Positions 48,319-59,427 of a stretch of 64,000 nt of DNA are shown in pieces. The stretch is taken from IMG/VR virus record IMGVR_UViG_3300028299_000003, positions 12,632 through 76,631 of that record, one strand, 5' to 3'. Below the pieces are notes generated by a model, which was given only the letters and a program-made list of their open reading frames with translations, was not told the origin of the DNA and ran no database searches. Source of the stretch: a virus. The first letter of the stretch is position 1, and each line of letters begins with the position of its first letter. Position numbers and translations under genes: made by a program.

Positions 48319-51300
48319 TTAGTATATATTTAATGTACTTATACCATTTTTATCTTTACTTACATTGATTAAATAATCATATTTTATTTGGTGAATATGT
48401 TCTATTAATAATATTTTATCAATATGGTTTTTTAATTCATATAAAAATTCAGTAAATTCTTCCACAGAATTATCAACCAATTTGGTCATAATCTCGTCAA
48501 ATAATATGAAATTTGGTTTTGATGTATTATTTATTTTTCTCAACGCGATTTTCAACGCACATGAATTAAATGTTCTTTCTTTACCAGACCCTTCAACCGC
48601 GTTATATTCCTGTTCATCATTTTTTGATTTCATTTTTAGATTAAGTTCGTTATCAAAAAGTAAATTAAAATCAACATTTGATAAAAGATTATTTAACTCA
48701 TTGTTTATTATATGAATTGATTTTTTCAATAAATATGTTGGTAATCCATCTCTATGCATTGATTTCATATAAGTATTATTGATAAATTCACTTTTTTCTT
48801 GGTTTTTGAATTTCTCTATTTTTTCCTCATAATCATCTATAACTTTCTTTCTAAGAACTATATTGTTGTTTAACTCTATTTTAAGATTATTAAATTCCTT
48901 TATATTATTTGATATATTCAAAATATTTTTATTAAGATTATTAATTTCTTCATTTATTTTCTTATTGTCATCAATAAATTGTTTATTCTCTAGATATTTA
49001 TTCAATTTTTCTTTTTTCTTATCGTTTTCTGTCTTATTTTCTTTTATCTTTATTCTTATATCCTTTATTCTAGATTCAATTGATAATTTTTTATCATAAT
49101 TATTTTTATCACTTTCTAATTTATTTACAGTATCTTTTATAGAATCTATCTTTGGTTTTACTTCCGATATTTTGTTTTTAATTGATGTAATCTTATCATC
49201 TTTCTCTTTTATTTTTAATTCTATAAGATTCTTTTCTTTTTCAATGTTATTAATAAATGAAATAAATTCTTCATTTTCATCAATATTTTCCACATTTAGA
49301 ATATCTATTTTCTCTCTTATACCCTTTATTTTATTTATTTTATCTTTTCCAATACTTGAAATTTTTTCTAATTCTTCTTTATTTTTCAAAATTTCTTTTT
49401 CAAAATGTTCACTACTATGATCATCTAATTGTCTAAGACAGGTTGGACATATTTTTGTTTCAGTATTAGAATTTTTTAATTTATCTATATTATCCTTTAT
49501 TTTAGTTCCATCCTTTTTTAAATTAGTTATATCATTTTCCAAAAATCTAATATCTGTTTCATAAGATTTTATTTTATCTAAAATATTTTTCTCAAAATCA
49601 GTTCTTTTATATTTTACTTTGTTATCAATATCTTTTATATCATATTCCAAATCTGATTTACCCCTATCTAATCTACTTAATTCTAGATCAGCGTTAGAAA
49701 GTCCATCTTTATATTTCTCATATAATTCTCTTTGTTTCTGTAATTCAGTATTGTCAAAATCTTTTGGTAGCTGATCTACCTTATTCTCTAAATCTTTTAT
49801 TGATTGGTAATCATACTGAATGTTATTATCACATAATTCAATATCTGTTTTTAAATCATCATAATCCAATCTAATGATTTCATCATCTATCTTGTTTAAT
49901 TTACTAATAAATATCTCCTTTTCTTTCTGTAATGAATCTGATTCTTTTTCTTTATCATCAACATTTTTTGATATTTCTTTTATTTTTTCTTTATCAATTT
50001 TTATCTTATCCAATAATTCATCAATTTCTTTTGATACTTTATCTACATTTATATTTATCTTTTCTAGATTTAACGATTTTTTATATTCCTTAAACTCATT
50101 TAGTTTTTTATCAAATACATCATAACCCGCGTCACGAATTATATTATCAATAAAAACACTTCTATCAATTGATAGTAATTCATTAATATTATCTGCGTTA
50201 GTTAAAGTTAACCGAATAAAATCCTGAAAATTTCCAATGATTGAATCCAATTCTTGTTGAGTTTTGATATTAGTTTCACCAACTAATTTATTTTTTTCAA
50301 TCATTTCTGTTCCTTTATAATAATCTAATTTTGTTGAACAAGAAGTTATTTCACCTTGTTTATTTAGTTTTCTTTCTGTTTTTCTATAAATAAGATATTT
50401 TTCACCATCAATATTTATTGTAATTCCTCCATCACAATGATTTAATTTTCTTTTATTATTTATATAACGATTATCACCAAACTTTTCTCTCTTTTCGGTT
50501 GTCATAGTTGTGCCATATAATATGTATGTTATCACGTCTAGGATTGTTGTTTTTCCTTGCTGATTAATTCCGTGTATTTGTATTATGCCATGAATATCAG
50601 TAAAATCAATAACTATATTATTATCATATGATTTGAAATTATTAAACCATATTTTCTCAATACTCCACTTCGTATTATTAGATTTTTTTATCTCTAATCT
50701 ATTATTTATGATATTATCTATTGAAATAATTTCATTTATCGTTTCATCGGTTATCTCATTCCTAAGTAAGAACTCCCTTAGAATATTTTGTTGAACAATT
50801 GGGTCATTTATATCAATTGTTTCTGAAATTAACTTTGTATCAGATACATCGGTATATAGTGGTCTACTTTCAATTTGTATTAATTCACTTCCTAAATTTT
50901 CCTTTATTAAAAATCTTATTTTCTTTTCATTCTCAGTATTCATATTAACACTGAAATCTTCCCACTTTATCTTTACTTTTATTTTATCACTTTTTTCAAA
51001 ATTAAAATTGAGTTTTATATTATCATAATCAACATTTTGATTTATTGGTATATTAATAAACTTATAATCGTTATCTATATCAATGGGTTCTAAAAACCCT
51101 TTATTAAAATCTAATATATTAAATCCATGGCCATTAACTTTTTCCCCAAATGACTGCTGGATGAGTGAACTACTAAATCCTTTTGTTTTATTTTTATAAT
51201 ATTGTCTTATATGAATATCTGAAAATAATGAATAATCACCTTTGAATTCCGATATATCTCTATACTTTCCTTTCATTATTATACCATTTGGTAAATAACA

Positions 51301-51777
51301 ACCAAATATTGGGTCATGAAATAAATCAATATATATTTTACTTTTGTCTCTTTTTGTCTTGATATCTTTCCAAGGACTTAATCCATCCGAATGATCCCAC
51401 ACACACCACACAACATTATCATCTTCATAAAATCCTGATTTACTGTAATATGTAACACCACTATTTTCTAGAAGAGTAGTTACTGTTTCTATAGTATCAA
51501 TTCTAGTTATATGTTTTTTTCTATAATCGTGATTTCCTTTTATTATTATAACCTTAGAGAATGATGATAATTTATTTAAAAATTCACCAACCAACAATAA
51601 CGCTTCTCCTTCAATATCAATAAAATTATCATATAAATCACCAGTAATAACTATCCTATCTGGGTTTATAATTTCTAATTGTTTATAAAATTTGTTGAAA
51701 ACTTCTCTATATTCTTCGTGTCTATCTAAACTTTTTCTTATATGAATATCCCCACAATGAACTATTTTGTTTATCAC
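48319..51777 (-). CDS. SbcD-SbcC (Mre11-Rad50, gp47-gp46-like) fusion nuclease/ATPase
   Basis: DIH, GDLYD, GNHD; Walker A GINQQGKTT; CPTC hook; SGKE; LFDE; IEH. Confidence 0.92.
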   Translation of the reverse strand: MINKIVHCGDIHIRKSLDRHEEYREVFNKFYKQLEIINPDRIVITGDLYDNFIDIEGEALLLVGEFLNKLSSFSKVIIIKGNHDYRKKHITRIDTIETVTTLLENSGVTYYSKSGFYEDDNVVWCVWDHSDGLSPWKDIKTKRDKSKIYIDLFHDPIFGCYLPNGIIMKGKYRDISEFKGDYSLFSDIHIRQYYKNKTKGFSSSLIQQSFGEKVNGHGFNILDFNKGFLEPIDIDNDYKFINIPINQNVDYDNIKLNFNFEKSDKIKVKIKWEDFSVNMNTENEKKIRFLIKENLGSELIQIESRPLYTDVSDTKLISETIDINDPIVQQNILREFLLRNEITDETINEIISIDNIINNRLEIKKSNNTKWSIEKIWFNNFKSYDNNIVIDFTDIHGIIQIHGINQQGKTTILDVITYILYGTTMTTEKREKFGDNRYINNKRKLNHCDGGITINIDGEKYLIYRKTERKLNKQGEITSCSTKLDYYKGTEMIEKNKLVGETNIKTQQELDSIIGNFQDFIRLTLTNADNINELLSIDRSVFIDNIIRDAGYDVFDKKLNEFKEYKKSLNLEKININVDKVSKEIDELLDKIKIDKEKIKEISKNVDDKEKESDSLQKEKEIFISKLNKIDDEIIRLDYDDLKTDIELCDNNIQYDYQSIKDLENKVDQLPKDFDNTELQKQRELYEKYKDGLSNADLELSRLDRGKSDLEYDIKDIDNKVKYKRTDFEKNILDKIKSYETDIRFLENDITNLKKDGTKIKDNIDKLKNSNTETKICPTCLRQLDDHSSEHFEKEILKNKEELEKISSIGKDKINKIKGIREKIDILNVENIDENEEFISFINNIEKEKNLIELKIKEKDDKITSIKNKISEVKPKIDSIKDTVNKLESDKNNYDKKLSIESRIKDIRIKIKENKTENDKKKEKLNKYLENKQFIDDNKKINEEINNLNKNILNISNNIKEFNNLKIELNNNIVLRKKVIDDYEEKIEKFKNQEKSEFINNTYMKSMHRDGLPTYLLKKSIHIINNELNNLLSNVDFNLLFDNELNLKMKSKNDEQEYNAVEGSGKERTFNSCALKIALRKINNTSKPNFILFDEIMTKLVDNSVEEFTEFLYELKNHIDKILLIEHIHQIKYDYLINVSKDKNGISTLNIY

Positions 51778-51866
51778 ACATCAATATTATTTTTTAGATA
51801 TATCATTTTTTAATAAAAAAGTTTGAGTAGAAAAAATGATTTGAATTTTAATATATAGAATTATAT

Positions 51867-52376
51867 TTGATAAATTTTATATATACAAAAAAGATTCTGA
51901 TGGATATTATGGTCAAAAAATACATAGAGTATGTAGCCGAGAATAATGTGTTCGGTGATTTCCTATCTAAATTTGTGGATAAGTTAAGAGGTGTTAGTAA
52001 AAAGGATGAAATAGAAATTTCAGAAATAAAAAAAGAATTACCAAAATTGGATAATGATGAAGAAGTAGAGAGATTAAAAGAAATAAAAAGATTAGAAGAA
52101 GATAAGAAACAAAATGATAATATAATTAGAATATTATATAAGATTAAGAAAGATTTTGAAATAAATCCAAATAAAGAGAAAGCTGGATTTTTTGGAAGCC
52201 CAACAAAACAGATAAGATATAATTTTGAAGATAATACTAAAATTATGTTAGATTTTATGCCCGATAGATCTAGAGGGGAATTAAGATATTATATTGAGAA
52301 TAAATTGATACTTTCATATAAAATAGAATCATCAACTCTTAATAATTTCTTAAAAATATTATTCACTATGAGATGA
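51867..52376 (+). CDS. hypothetical protein
   Basis: MVKKYIEYVAE leader-like. Confidence 0.55.
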   Translation: MINFIYTKKILMDIMVKKYIEYVAENNVFGDFLSKFVDKLRGVSKKDEIEISEIKKELPKLDNDEEVERLKEIKRLEEDKKQNDNIIRILYKIKKDFEINPNKEKAGFFGSPTKQIRYNFEDNTKIMLDFMPDRSRGELRYYIENKLILSYKIESSTLNNFLKILFTMR

Positions 52377-52906
52377 TAATGAAATTTGAAAATTATAAAC
52401 CCAAGGACAAGAGAGAAAAGTTGATGGATGAAATACTAGATAAGATTAGTCAGTCTGGTATGGGTTCTATATCAAAAGATGAAATGTCTATACTAAAGAA
52501 TAAGGGTGAAGTATTACCAGATATGCACAATAAAACAAGAATGACTATAAAACCAACCACATATACATCTAGTGATGAAACAGTTTCTTTCTATGTTAAA
52601 TCAATAAATGACGTTGATTTTGATATGAAAGTTAGTCAATCAATGCAGTCTACTCTTGATTTGATGTCAGACGAATTAAAAGTTGTAGAATTACTTGGAA
52701 CATTAAAAGTAGAAGATAAAGAGATTGAAGGAGTTTTTTATGTTTCAATTGACAAAGAAGATTATAATAATTTACCAATAGGTGACGAAGGTAGCATTGT
52801 CTGGGACGCAGACTTTGATATAGACCAATCAAAATATAAAGAACAATTAGATGAGATTGTAGAAGATATAATTATAGATAATTTTGGAGATACTTTAATC
52901 TCATAA
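52373..52906 (+). CDS. hypothetical protein
   Basis: MDEILDKISQSGMGSISKDE motif. Confidence 0.6.
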   Translation: MIMKFENYKPKDKREKLMDEILDKISQSGMGSISKDEMSILKNKGEVLPDMHNKTRMTIKPTTYTSSDETVSFYVKSINDVDFDMKVSQSMQSTLDLMSDELKVVELLGTLKVEDKEIEGVFYVSIDKEDYNNLPIGDEGSIVWDADFDIDQSKYKEQLDEIVEDIIIDNFGDTLIS

Positions 52907-53044
52907 AAATGATGAATATGTATGAAATATTTGAAATTATTTGAAGATATTGACTGGGACGAAGAGGAATTTGAGGAAGAACAAGAAGAACAGACAATAT
53001 CAATAATAGATATCAATAATATGTATATTCCTATTACTGATGGA

Positions 53045-54338
53045 ATGAACTACTACTACACTGAAGATGTAGTAGTTTCTACGTCACAAGCACAATGTAT
53101 CCATTCACTTTGAGTGACGCTGGGTTGGTTCCTCAACCCTATTTTCTTTATATTTATAGCAGCATTTATATCCCTATCGTGTTTTTCATTACACTTAGGA
53201 CAAATCCATTCTCTATCATTTAAAGTCAAATCCTTATTGATTGATCCACATTTAGAGCAAGTTTTTGATGATGGTTCAAATCGTCCAATAATAGATAAAT
53301 TTTTTCCATACCAATCACACTTATATTCAATCATAGATTTAAATTCAGACCAGCCCATATCACTTATTGCTCTTGCTAATTTATGATTTTTAACCATATT
53401 TGATACGGCTAAATCTTCAACACATATAGTATCATAATTATCAACAAGATATTTACTGATTTTATGTAAATAATCCTGTCTTTGATTGCGGATATGTTCG
53501 TGTAGCAAAGCAACAACCATTTTTTGTTTTTGATAATGATTTGATTTTTTATCCTTTCTTGCTAAGGATCGCTGCTCAATCCTTAATTTACTCATAGCAG
53601 ATTTAAAGAAATCTTTGTTCTCGAATTTCTTTCCATCTGAAGTTATACAAAAATCTTTTATACCTAAATCCAAACCAACCGTAGTTTGATCCATAATAGG
53701 TTTCTTTTTAGGTTTTAATTCACCAGTATCAACTAGTATAGACACATAGTATTTGTTTGTTATTGTTCGTGATACGGTAACGGTTTTAATTAAACCTTTA
53801 AATTCTCTGTGTAAATCAATACCAACCAATTTTAATTTAGGTATGAAGATTTGTTTATCATTTTCTAAATATACTCCCTGAGGTAATTGAAATGATTGTT
53901 TTCCGAACTTTCTTTTAAACTTGGGAAAACCACCACCTCTAAAAAAGTTTGTGTAAGCATTATCCAGATTTCTTAAACTCATTTGTAATGCCTGCGAAGG
54001 ACTTTCTTTTAACCAAGGCGCGTCTGTATCCTTTAATTCTTTAACCTGATTAGCCAAATCAATACAGGTATAGTTCTTTTTATGTCCTATGTAGGCACTA
54101 ATTTTAGTTTCTAATCCAAGGTTATAGACAAATCTAACCTGACCAAAAATATGGGACATCATATCTTTTTGTTCCTGATTGGGGTATATCCTATATTTAA
54201 ATGATTTTAGCATCTTTTACAAAAAACTTTTTTGATTTGTAAGTATATATAATTAAAAATATATCACTTTTTTCCATTTTTAAAAGTGTTAGGTGTCAAA
54301 TTCATCAAACTACACTAAAGATGTAGTTGTTTTCTTTG
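53045..54338 (-). mobile_element. IS200/IS605 family, IS1341-type element (tnpB only)
   Basis: Subterminal hairpins at both ends; TCGT target 5' of left end; right end TTCAT; no duplication; no tnpA. Confidence 0.9.
53056..54213 (-). CDS. tnpB: RNA-guided endonuclease TnpB
   Basis: FKYRIYP, GLDLG, VEDL, CSKC..CPKC, DRDINAA; RuvC D-E-D intact. Confidence 0.95.
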   Translation of the reverse strand: MLKSFKYRIYPNQEQKDMMSHIFGQVRFVYNLGLETKISAYIGHKKNYTCIDLANQVKELKDTDAPWLKESPSQALQMSLRNLDNAYTNFFRGGGFPKFKRKFGKQSFQLPQGVYLENDKQIFIPKLKLVGIDLHREFKGLIKTVTVSRTITNKYYVSILVDTGELKPKKKPIMDQTTVGLDLGIKDFCITSDGKKFENKDFFKSAMSKLRIEQRSLARKDKKSNHYQKQKMVVALLHEHIRNQRQDYLHKISKYLVDNYDTICVEDLAVSNMVKNHKLARAISDMGWSEFKSMIEYKCDWYGKNLSIIGRFEPSSKTCSKCGSINKDLTLNDREWICPKCNEKHDRDINAAINIKKIGLRNQPSVTQSEWIHCACDVETTTSSV

Positions 54339-54565
54339 ACGAGCTATATAAAACAACTTAAAGATTTACTCCTAAACAAAAGAGTTTCTTTTGAACCATA
54401 TAACCGACCACAAAATCCACATATCAATGGTATTGTTACGATTATTGTAAAGGATGTTATTAGACCACCAGAATATAATTTTACATTTGTTGATGAAAAG
54501 GGAGATAAATACGAGCCAATATACAATAAACCAATTACTTACTAATTTTTCATAAAATTATTCAT

Positions 54566-54922
54566 CAAAGAAAACTTTTGTAGTTTTCTAAATATGACAT
54601 TTAATTATTAATATATAATATATAGTTCTTTGATGTTTTGGTTCAATTGGTTCTACAATAAAGTCTTGAGTTGTAGGTAAAATCAATAAAGTGTTAAAAA
54701 TCAACAATAATCAAGTTGATTTAATTTTAATCAATCTATAAATGATTGATATTCGGAGCCTACCTGAAAATGGATGTGCCAACCGAAAATAAAAATAATA
54801 TCAGTTGGAACGACTGATTACGAACGTGGAGATGAAATAAGACCTTGTTTTAAGGCACAGTCTGTGAAGTGTTTAAAGAGAAGGAACTTTATGTTCCTGA
54901 AACCACTGTAGTGGTAGTTCAT
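54566..54922 (+). mobile_element. non-coding IS200/IS605-family derivative
   Basis: TCAT|CAAAGAAAAC left end, TAGTTCAT right end, interior homologous to 47343-47723. Confidence 0.8.
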
Positions 54923-55087
54923 GAATATGATGATATAATATATACCAAGAATGGTAAAGAAGATAAAATTTGATATAAGTGATTATCTTTTTTGATGTGT
55001 AGTGGGAGTTATATTTGTTTAGAAAATGCAATCAGAGTCGTTAAAAGTGTCTTAAAATGTGTTTTATAGTGAAAATATTGAATTGGT

Positions 55088-56032
55088 ATGATAGATAATT
55101 ATGAAAAATTTATAAACAGAGGAATCTGCCCATTATGTCTAGAAAGATATTTGGATAATCTTTCATCATCAAATATTAATGAAAATGTTAATTTTAAAGT
55201 ATCTTCTTTACAAATAGTTGTACCTATTAAAACTTGTATAAATGATTGTAAGAGCTGTATCGCGAAACTTAGTAACGAACACGACTTTTCTGATAGGTCA
55301 AAAGAAATAACATTTTTTAGTGAATATTTAGAAAAAATGAAAAAAGTTAGAAATACAGGATGTAAATCTCTAGTATTAACAGGTGTAGGAGAAGCGATTC
55401 AAAATAAGAAATTTTTAAGAAGAATTGGTGAATTAAATAATATGTTAAATAATCCATTTGAAATAGAAATCCAGACAACTGGAGTTTTACTAACTGATGA
55501 TAATATTAATTTCTTAAAGAATGATGTAGGAGTAAAGGTTATTTCATTATCCGTATTTGATATATTTGATAACAATAATAATCTAAACATTATAAGAGTA
55601 AAAGATAAATTAACCTACGATGTTAAAGATATATGTAATAAAGTAAAAAGAGCTGGACTAATAAACAGATTATCACTAAATTTAATAAGTGTTTATGATA
55701 AACACCCAATGGATGAATTATTTAAGAAAATATTAGAATTAAATCCAGACCAATTAACATTTAGAAGTTTGTGGTTTACGGAAGATGATAATCCTATAAA
55801 TGATTGGATAAAAAGTAATAACTGTAATCCAAGATTATTAAACAGAATAAAAACATATTTAGACACTAACGCGGATAAAATGAGAGAAAATATGTACAAT
55901 TTCAAAGGAATATCTATATTATTGAATGAAGATTGTATGAAAACAAAAGAAACAGATACAAGATATCTGATTCTTAGACCTGATGTTCAATTATATCAGA
56001 GTTGGAGTGATACTACACCAATAGAAGTTTAA
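55088..56032 (+). CDS. radical SAM protein
   Basis: CINDCKSC, LTGVGE, IQTTG. Confidence 0.85.
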   Translation: MIDNYEKFINRGICPLCLERYLDNLSSSNINENVNFKVSSLQIVVPIKTCINDCKSCIAKLSNEHDFSDRSKEITFFSEYLEKMKKVRNTGCKSLVLTGVGEAIQNKKFLRRIGELNNMLNNPFEIEIQTTGVLLTDDNINFLKNDVGVKVISLSVFDIFDNNNNLNIIRVKDKLTYDVKDICNKVKRAGLINRLSLNLISVYDKHPMDELFKKILELNPDQLTFRSLWFTEDDNPINDWIKSNNCNPRLLNRIKTYLDTNADKMRENMYNFKGISILLNEDCMKTKETDTRYLILRPDVQLYQSWSDTTPIEV

Positions 56033-56286
56033 AATTATTTCTTTCTATTTTCTGAACCATATCCTTTAAAAATCAATTCTTCTAATAATTGATTTAAGGT
56101 GATTTTGAATCCCTTATCTTTTAAGGTCTCTTGTAAAACTTCTGTTGGTGCTTCTGAAACAAAACTCACATTGTGTAAGTTTACATATTCGGGACTTGTT
56201 AATAAGTATGTATTCATATTAGTTTTTTATTATTATAATGAAAAATTATGAAAAGTTTTTATCTAATTTCTATTTTACTAAATATA

Positions 56287-57600
56287 TTATTGTAATAATA
56301 CTATGGCTATAACTTCAATAGATTTATTGTTCTTTTTAAATAGTTTTATTACTTTCTTTTTTTGTTCTTTATTATTATTTATCAATTGGGTTATCATAAA
56401 ATTTGCACTTGTAATTGTTTCACTAACTGTGTTGATTAAAATAAAATTTCCATCCTCGGGCAATTTATCTAATTGTATATCTAATGGAATATTATCTGGT
56501 GTTACACCAAAACCTTCTTTTGATAATTTTTTGATAATTTTCTTTATGTCATTTTTATTTAATTTTTTATTGGTTTGAATAGATTCAATTTTATTACCAT
56601 CATTAACAACATTATTTGACATAACATAAGATGATGGTAAAATTGTTGATAATACTAATAATCCAGCAACTGTAAAATTTTTAAATAATCCTTCATTCAT
56701 TTCTTCAAAACTTTTTAGATGATTCATTCTAATATTATTTTCTGAACTATATACTATCAATTCTTCTGTCATCTTCTTTCTGATTTTTACATTCTCATAT
56801 TTAATTTCTTCTCTACGAGAAAAATTATTAACATCTACTATATTCTTATTAAAGAATTTTTGTATTTTTTCTATTTCTATGTTTATTTCTCTAATTGTTT
56901 TTATTTCACCCTTTATTATTTTATCTTTTAATTTATTAATTGGTATAATATTTTGATATTGGTCTAGATAGTTTAATAATTTTTCAATGGATAATTTTGT
57001 TCCTTTATGATAGTCATAATATTTATATAATGATTGTTTATCATTTGACTGTTTATCACTACCGTCATATAATATGAATGTTTTTTCAATTTCTGAATTA
57101 TATTTTTTTAAATATCGTTCAATCGCTTTTTTTGTTGATCCTGAATAGTAACTATCATCAAATAAAATAAATTTTTGATTTTCAATATGATTTTTTTTAA
57201 ATATTATGTCAATTTCTTTACCCGTTGTTATTTTATTTAATTTATTATTCTTTCCTCTAATACTACCATTAACTAACACAAGGTTTTTAGGTATTTTTAA
57301 TTTACCTCTTTTTATCATATATAATACCCATTCACCAAAACCACCCGTTAAAACAAGATTAAAATCACCATTATTTTGTTTTTGTATTTCATCAAAAACA
57401 TCTTGAATTAAATCTACATTTTTATAAATTTTTACAGAGGAATCAATAGAGTTAAAATATTCATCACCACCAATTTCTTTTTTAAGTAAATCATTTACTA
57501 TGTCTTTCATTTTATTTTTACTACTATGAATGGATTCTTTGATATCAATATTTAAAAATTCATAGAAATTTTTCATTGTATTTGAACTTGGATTAAACAT
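56287..57600 (-). CDS. phosphoribosyltransferase-like domain joined to a second, membrane-anchored polypeptide
   Basis: ILFDDSYYSGST PRPP loop; internal MNHLKSFEEMNE then hydrophobic helix. Confidence 0.6.
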   Translation of the reverse strand: MFNPSSNTMKNFYEFLNIDIKESIHSSKNKMKDIVNDLLKKEIGGDEYFNSIDSSVKIYKNVDLIQDVFDEIQKQNNGDFNLVLTGGFGEWVLYMIKRGKLKIPKNLVLVNGSIRGKNNKLNKITTGKEIDIIFKKNHIENQKFILFDDSYYSGSTKKAIERYLKKYNSEIEKTFILYDGSDKQSNDKQSLYKYYDYHKGTKLSIEKLLNYLDQYQNIIPINKLKDKIIKGEIKTIREINIEIEKIQKFFNKNIVDVNNFSRREEIKYENVKIRKKMTEELIVYSSENNIRMNHLKSFEEMNEGLFKNFTVAGLLVLSTILPSSYVMSNNVVNDGNKIESIQTNKKLNKNDIKKIIKKLSKEGFGVTPDNIPLDIQLDKLPEDGNFILINTVSETITSANFMITQLINNNKEQKKKVIKLFKKNNKSIEVIAIVLLQ

Positions 57601-57947
57601 CTAATAAAGTATTTAATTTTATTTTTCTTATATAAAATTCATCCTTTCCCCCATCACTAGTGTGTACTATTATTTCTCTATCGGCTTTATCGTGATGTGC
57701 AGGATTATTTTTTTTATTTTTAATTGATTTTATTGAAAGACCAATGGTTTTCAAATGTTTTTTATAGTTATTTATAAACCAATCAACTGATTCAAATACT
57801 CCCAGCACAATTATACACGTCACCAACCCACATCTCAATTAGAAAATATTCTTTTCCTTTATCATCATCAAATTGATAATTTGGTCGTTCCCATTCCCAA
57901 TCATCACCAATATAGTCATCAGATTCACTTATCTTTTTTATTTTCAC
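57593..57947 (-). CDS. hypothetical protein with apparent 1-nt frameshift near 57801-57803
   Basis: GTG-start KIKKISESDD.. joins ORF 57593-57838 if one G is removed from GGG. Confidence 0.5.
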
Positions 57948-57955
57948 TATCTTTT

Positions 57956-58414
57956 TTATTTTTGGGTTAAATATTCAACTAACTCTTCATTTGACATATT
58001 CTTCAAATCAGGTCTTCCAATATCTTGATTGAATTCACCTGTTATTGGTGTCGCTGCTCCATCTAATACTCTTTTCAATATTTTTGATAAATAATCTCTT
58101 ATTTCAGTTTCGTGATTATATAAAAATTGATATAATACACCATCATCATTCATAATATAAACCGCGTTATCATTCACGGAATAATCAACATAAAATAATA
58201 ATGTACCAATTTTACCTTCTCTAACTGGATAATTTCCAAAGTTTTCATAATAATGTTTTATTGTCCTATCCTTTACTTTCCATTCACCACCACCAGATTT
58301 ATAATCACTAGATTGTCTAGAATCATCTATTTTTATCGCCATTCCAAGATCTCTCTTATATTCTGGTATTCTTTTAAACATTTTTGATATATTACTTCCC
58401 GATATTACTTCCAT
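57956..58414 (-). CDS. hypothetical protein
   Basis: ORF track. Confidence 0.6.
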   Translation of the reverse strand: MEVISGSNISKMFKRIPEYKRDLGMAIKIDDSRQSSDYKSGGGEWKVKDRTIKHYYENFGNYPVREGKIGTLLFYVDYSVNDNAVYIMNDDGVLYQFLYNHETEIRDYLSKILKRVLDGAATPITGEFNQDIGRPDLKNMSNEELVEYLTQK

Positions 58415-58429
58415 ATATTAATTTATTTT

Positions 58430-58780
58430 TTAATTATTAATAATTAAACACTCATCTTTCCATAGATAAAAAATTCCTCTTTTTTTAATTAGGTTTATTT
58501 TATCTTTATGTTCTATTAACTCTTCCATCCATCCATCATGATCCAAGTACACTGGCAGTTCTGGATTAAGACTCTCTAAATACTCAATGATGTGTTTTAC
58601 TTTAATTCCTTTTTCTTCTTTACTGTTTTCATCCTCTTCCTCCCAATCAAAGTCATCTTCATCAACATTTATTTCCTTTTCCTTTCTAGTGGATTCTAGA
58701 CGATTTCTTTCATATTCTTTTCTTTCATCATCATCCATATGAAAAGGATTTATTTCTTCAAAAAGTTTAATATGTTTCAT
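58430..58780 (-). CDS. hypothetical protein
   Basis: MKHIKLFEE leader. Confidence 0.65.
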   Translation of the reverse strand: MKHIKLFEEINPFHMDDDERKEYERNRLESTRKEKEINVDEDDFDWEEEDENSKEEKGIKVKHIIEYLESLNPELPVYLDHDGWMEELIEHKDKINLIKKRGIFYLWKDECLIINN

Positions 58781-58794
58781 AATAATATTTTTTT

Positions 58795-59379
58795 TTAAAA
58801 TTCAAATCCACCTTGTGCACCACCTGGTTGTACATTACCACCAGCACCACCCTCTGGTCCACCTAATTCAAATCCACCCTCCTCTTCCTGTGGAGATTCT
58901 CCACCTTGAGCGAATCCACCACCTTCGCCACCACCAAACTCCTCTTCTGTCTGTTCTTTTTCTTCTGGTTCTTCTTGTACTTTTATCTTATTCTTATCTG
59001 GATCTTCATCTTTTTCTTCAAATTCACTTATTTTTGTTATAATTAAATCTTCTTTAACATCATCAACATCAACTTCTTCCGATATTGCATCTATCAAATT
59101 ATTATTATTCAAATCATATCTTTTCATTTTAAATTGGCATTTATCTGGAGTTTCCATATCAACTGTTAATATAACTTGGTACATATAATTATCATTATTG
59201 AAACTAATTATTATAGATTTATATGACCTATGTGTATATTGGGATGGTTCAATTGAATTTAGATTTATTTCTTTTCCAATTTCACCATTTTCAAACCAAT
59301 ATTTAGCCCTAGTTTCTAATTGTTTTATGACATCATTTAATCCATCATCTTTTATAAATTCTTCATATAATTTTAACAT
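58795..59379 (-). CDS. hypothetical protein with Gly/Glu-rich tail
   Basis: MLKLYEEF leader. Confidence 0.65.
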   Translation of the reverse strand: MLKLYEEFIKDDGLNDVIKQLETRAKYWFENGEIGKEINLNSIEPSQYTHRSYKSIIISFNNDNYMYQVILTVDMETPDKCQFKMKRYDLNNNNLIDAISEEVDVDDVKEDLIITKISEFEEKDEDPDKNKIKVQEEPEEKEQTEEEFGGGEGGGFAQGGESPQEEEGGFELGGPEGGAGGNVQPGGAQGGFEF

Positions 59380-59427
59380 ATTATTGGATTTCTTTTTTAA
59401 TATATATTAAAAAAGAAATTTCATAAA

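Larger units (their letters stand above)
52922..54545 (+). pseudogene. small gene split by the tnpB element
   Basis: Removing 53045-54338 gives in-frame ..IPITDG-TSYIKQ.. Confidence 0.8.

Noticed and set aside
48482-50125. Plus-strand Ser/Phe/Leu-rich ORFs
   Set aside because: Antisense shadows of the Lys/Glu-rich coiled coil. The same applies to similar antisense ORFs elsewhere.
53045-54338. Cas12 or IStron
   Set aside because: 385-aa typical TnpB with IS ends, no CRISPR array, and no group I core inside the element.
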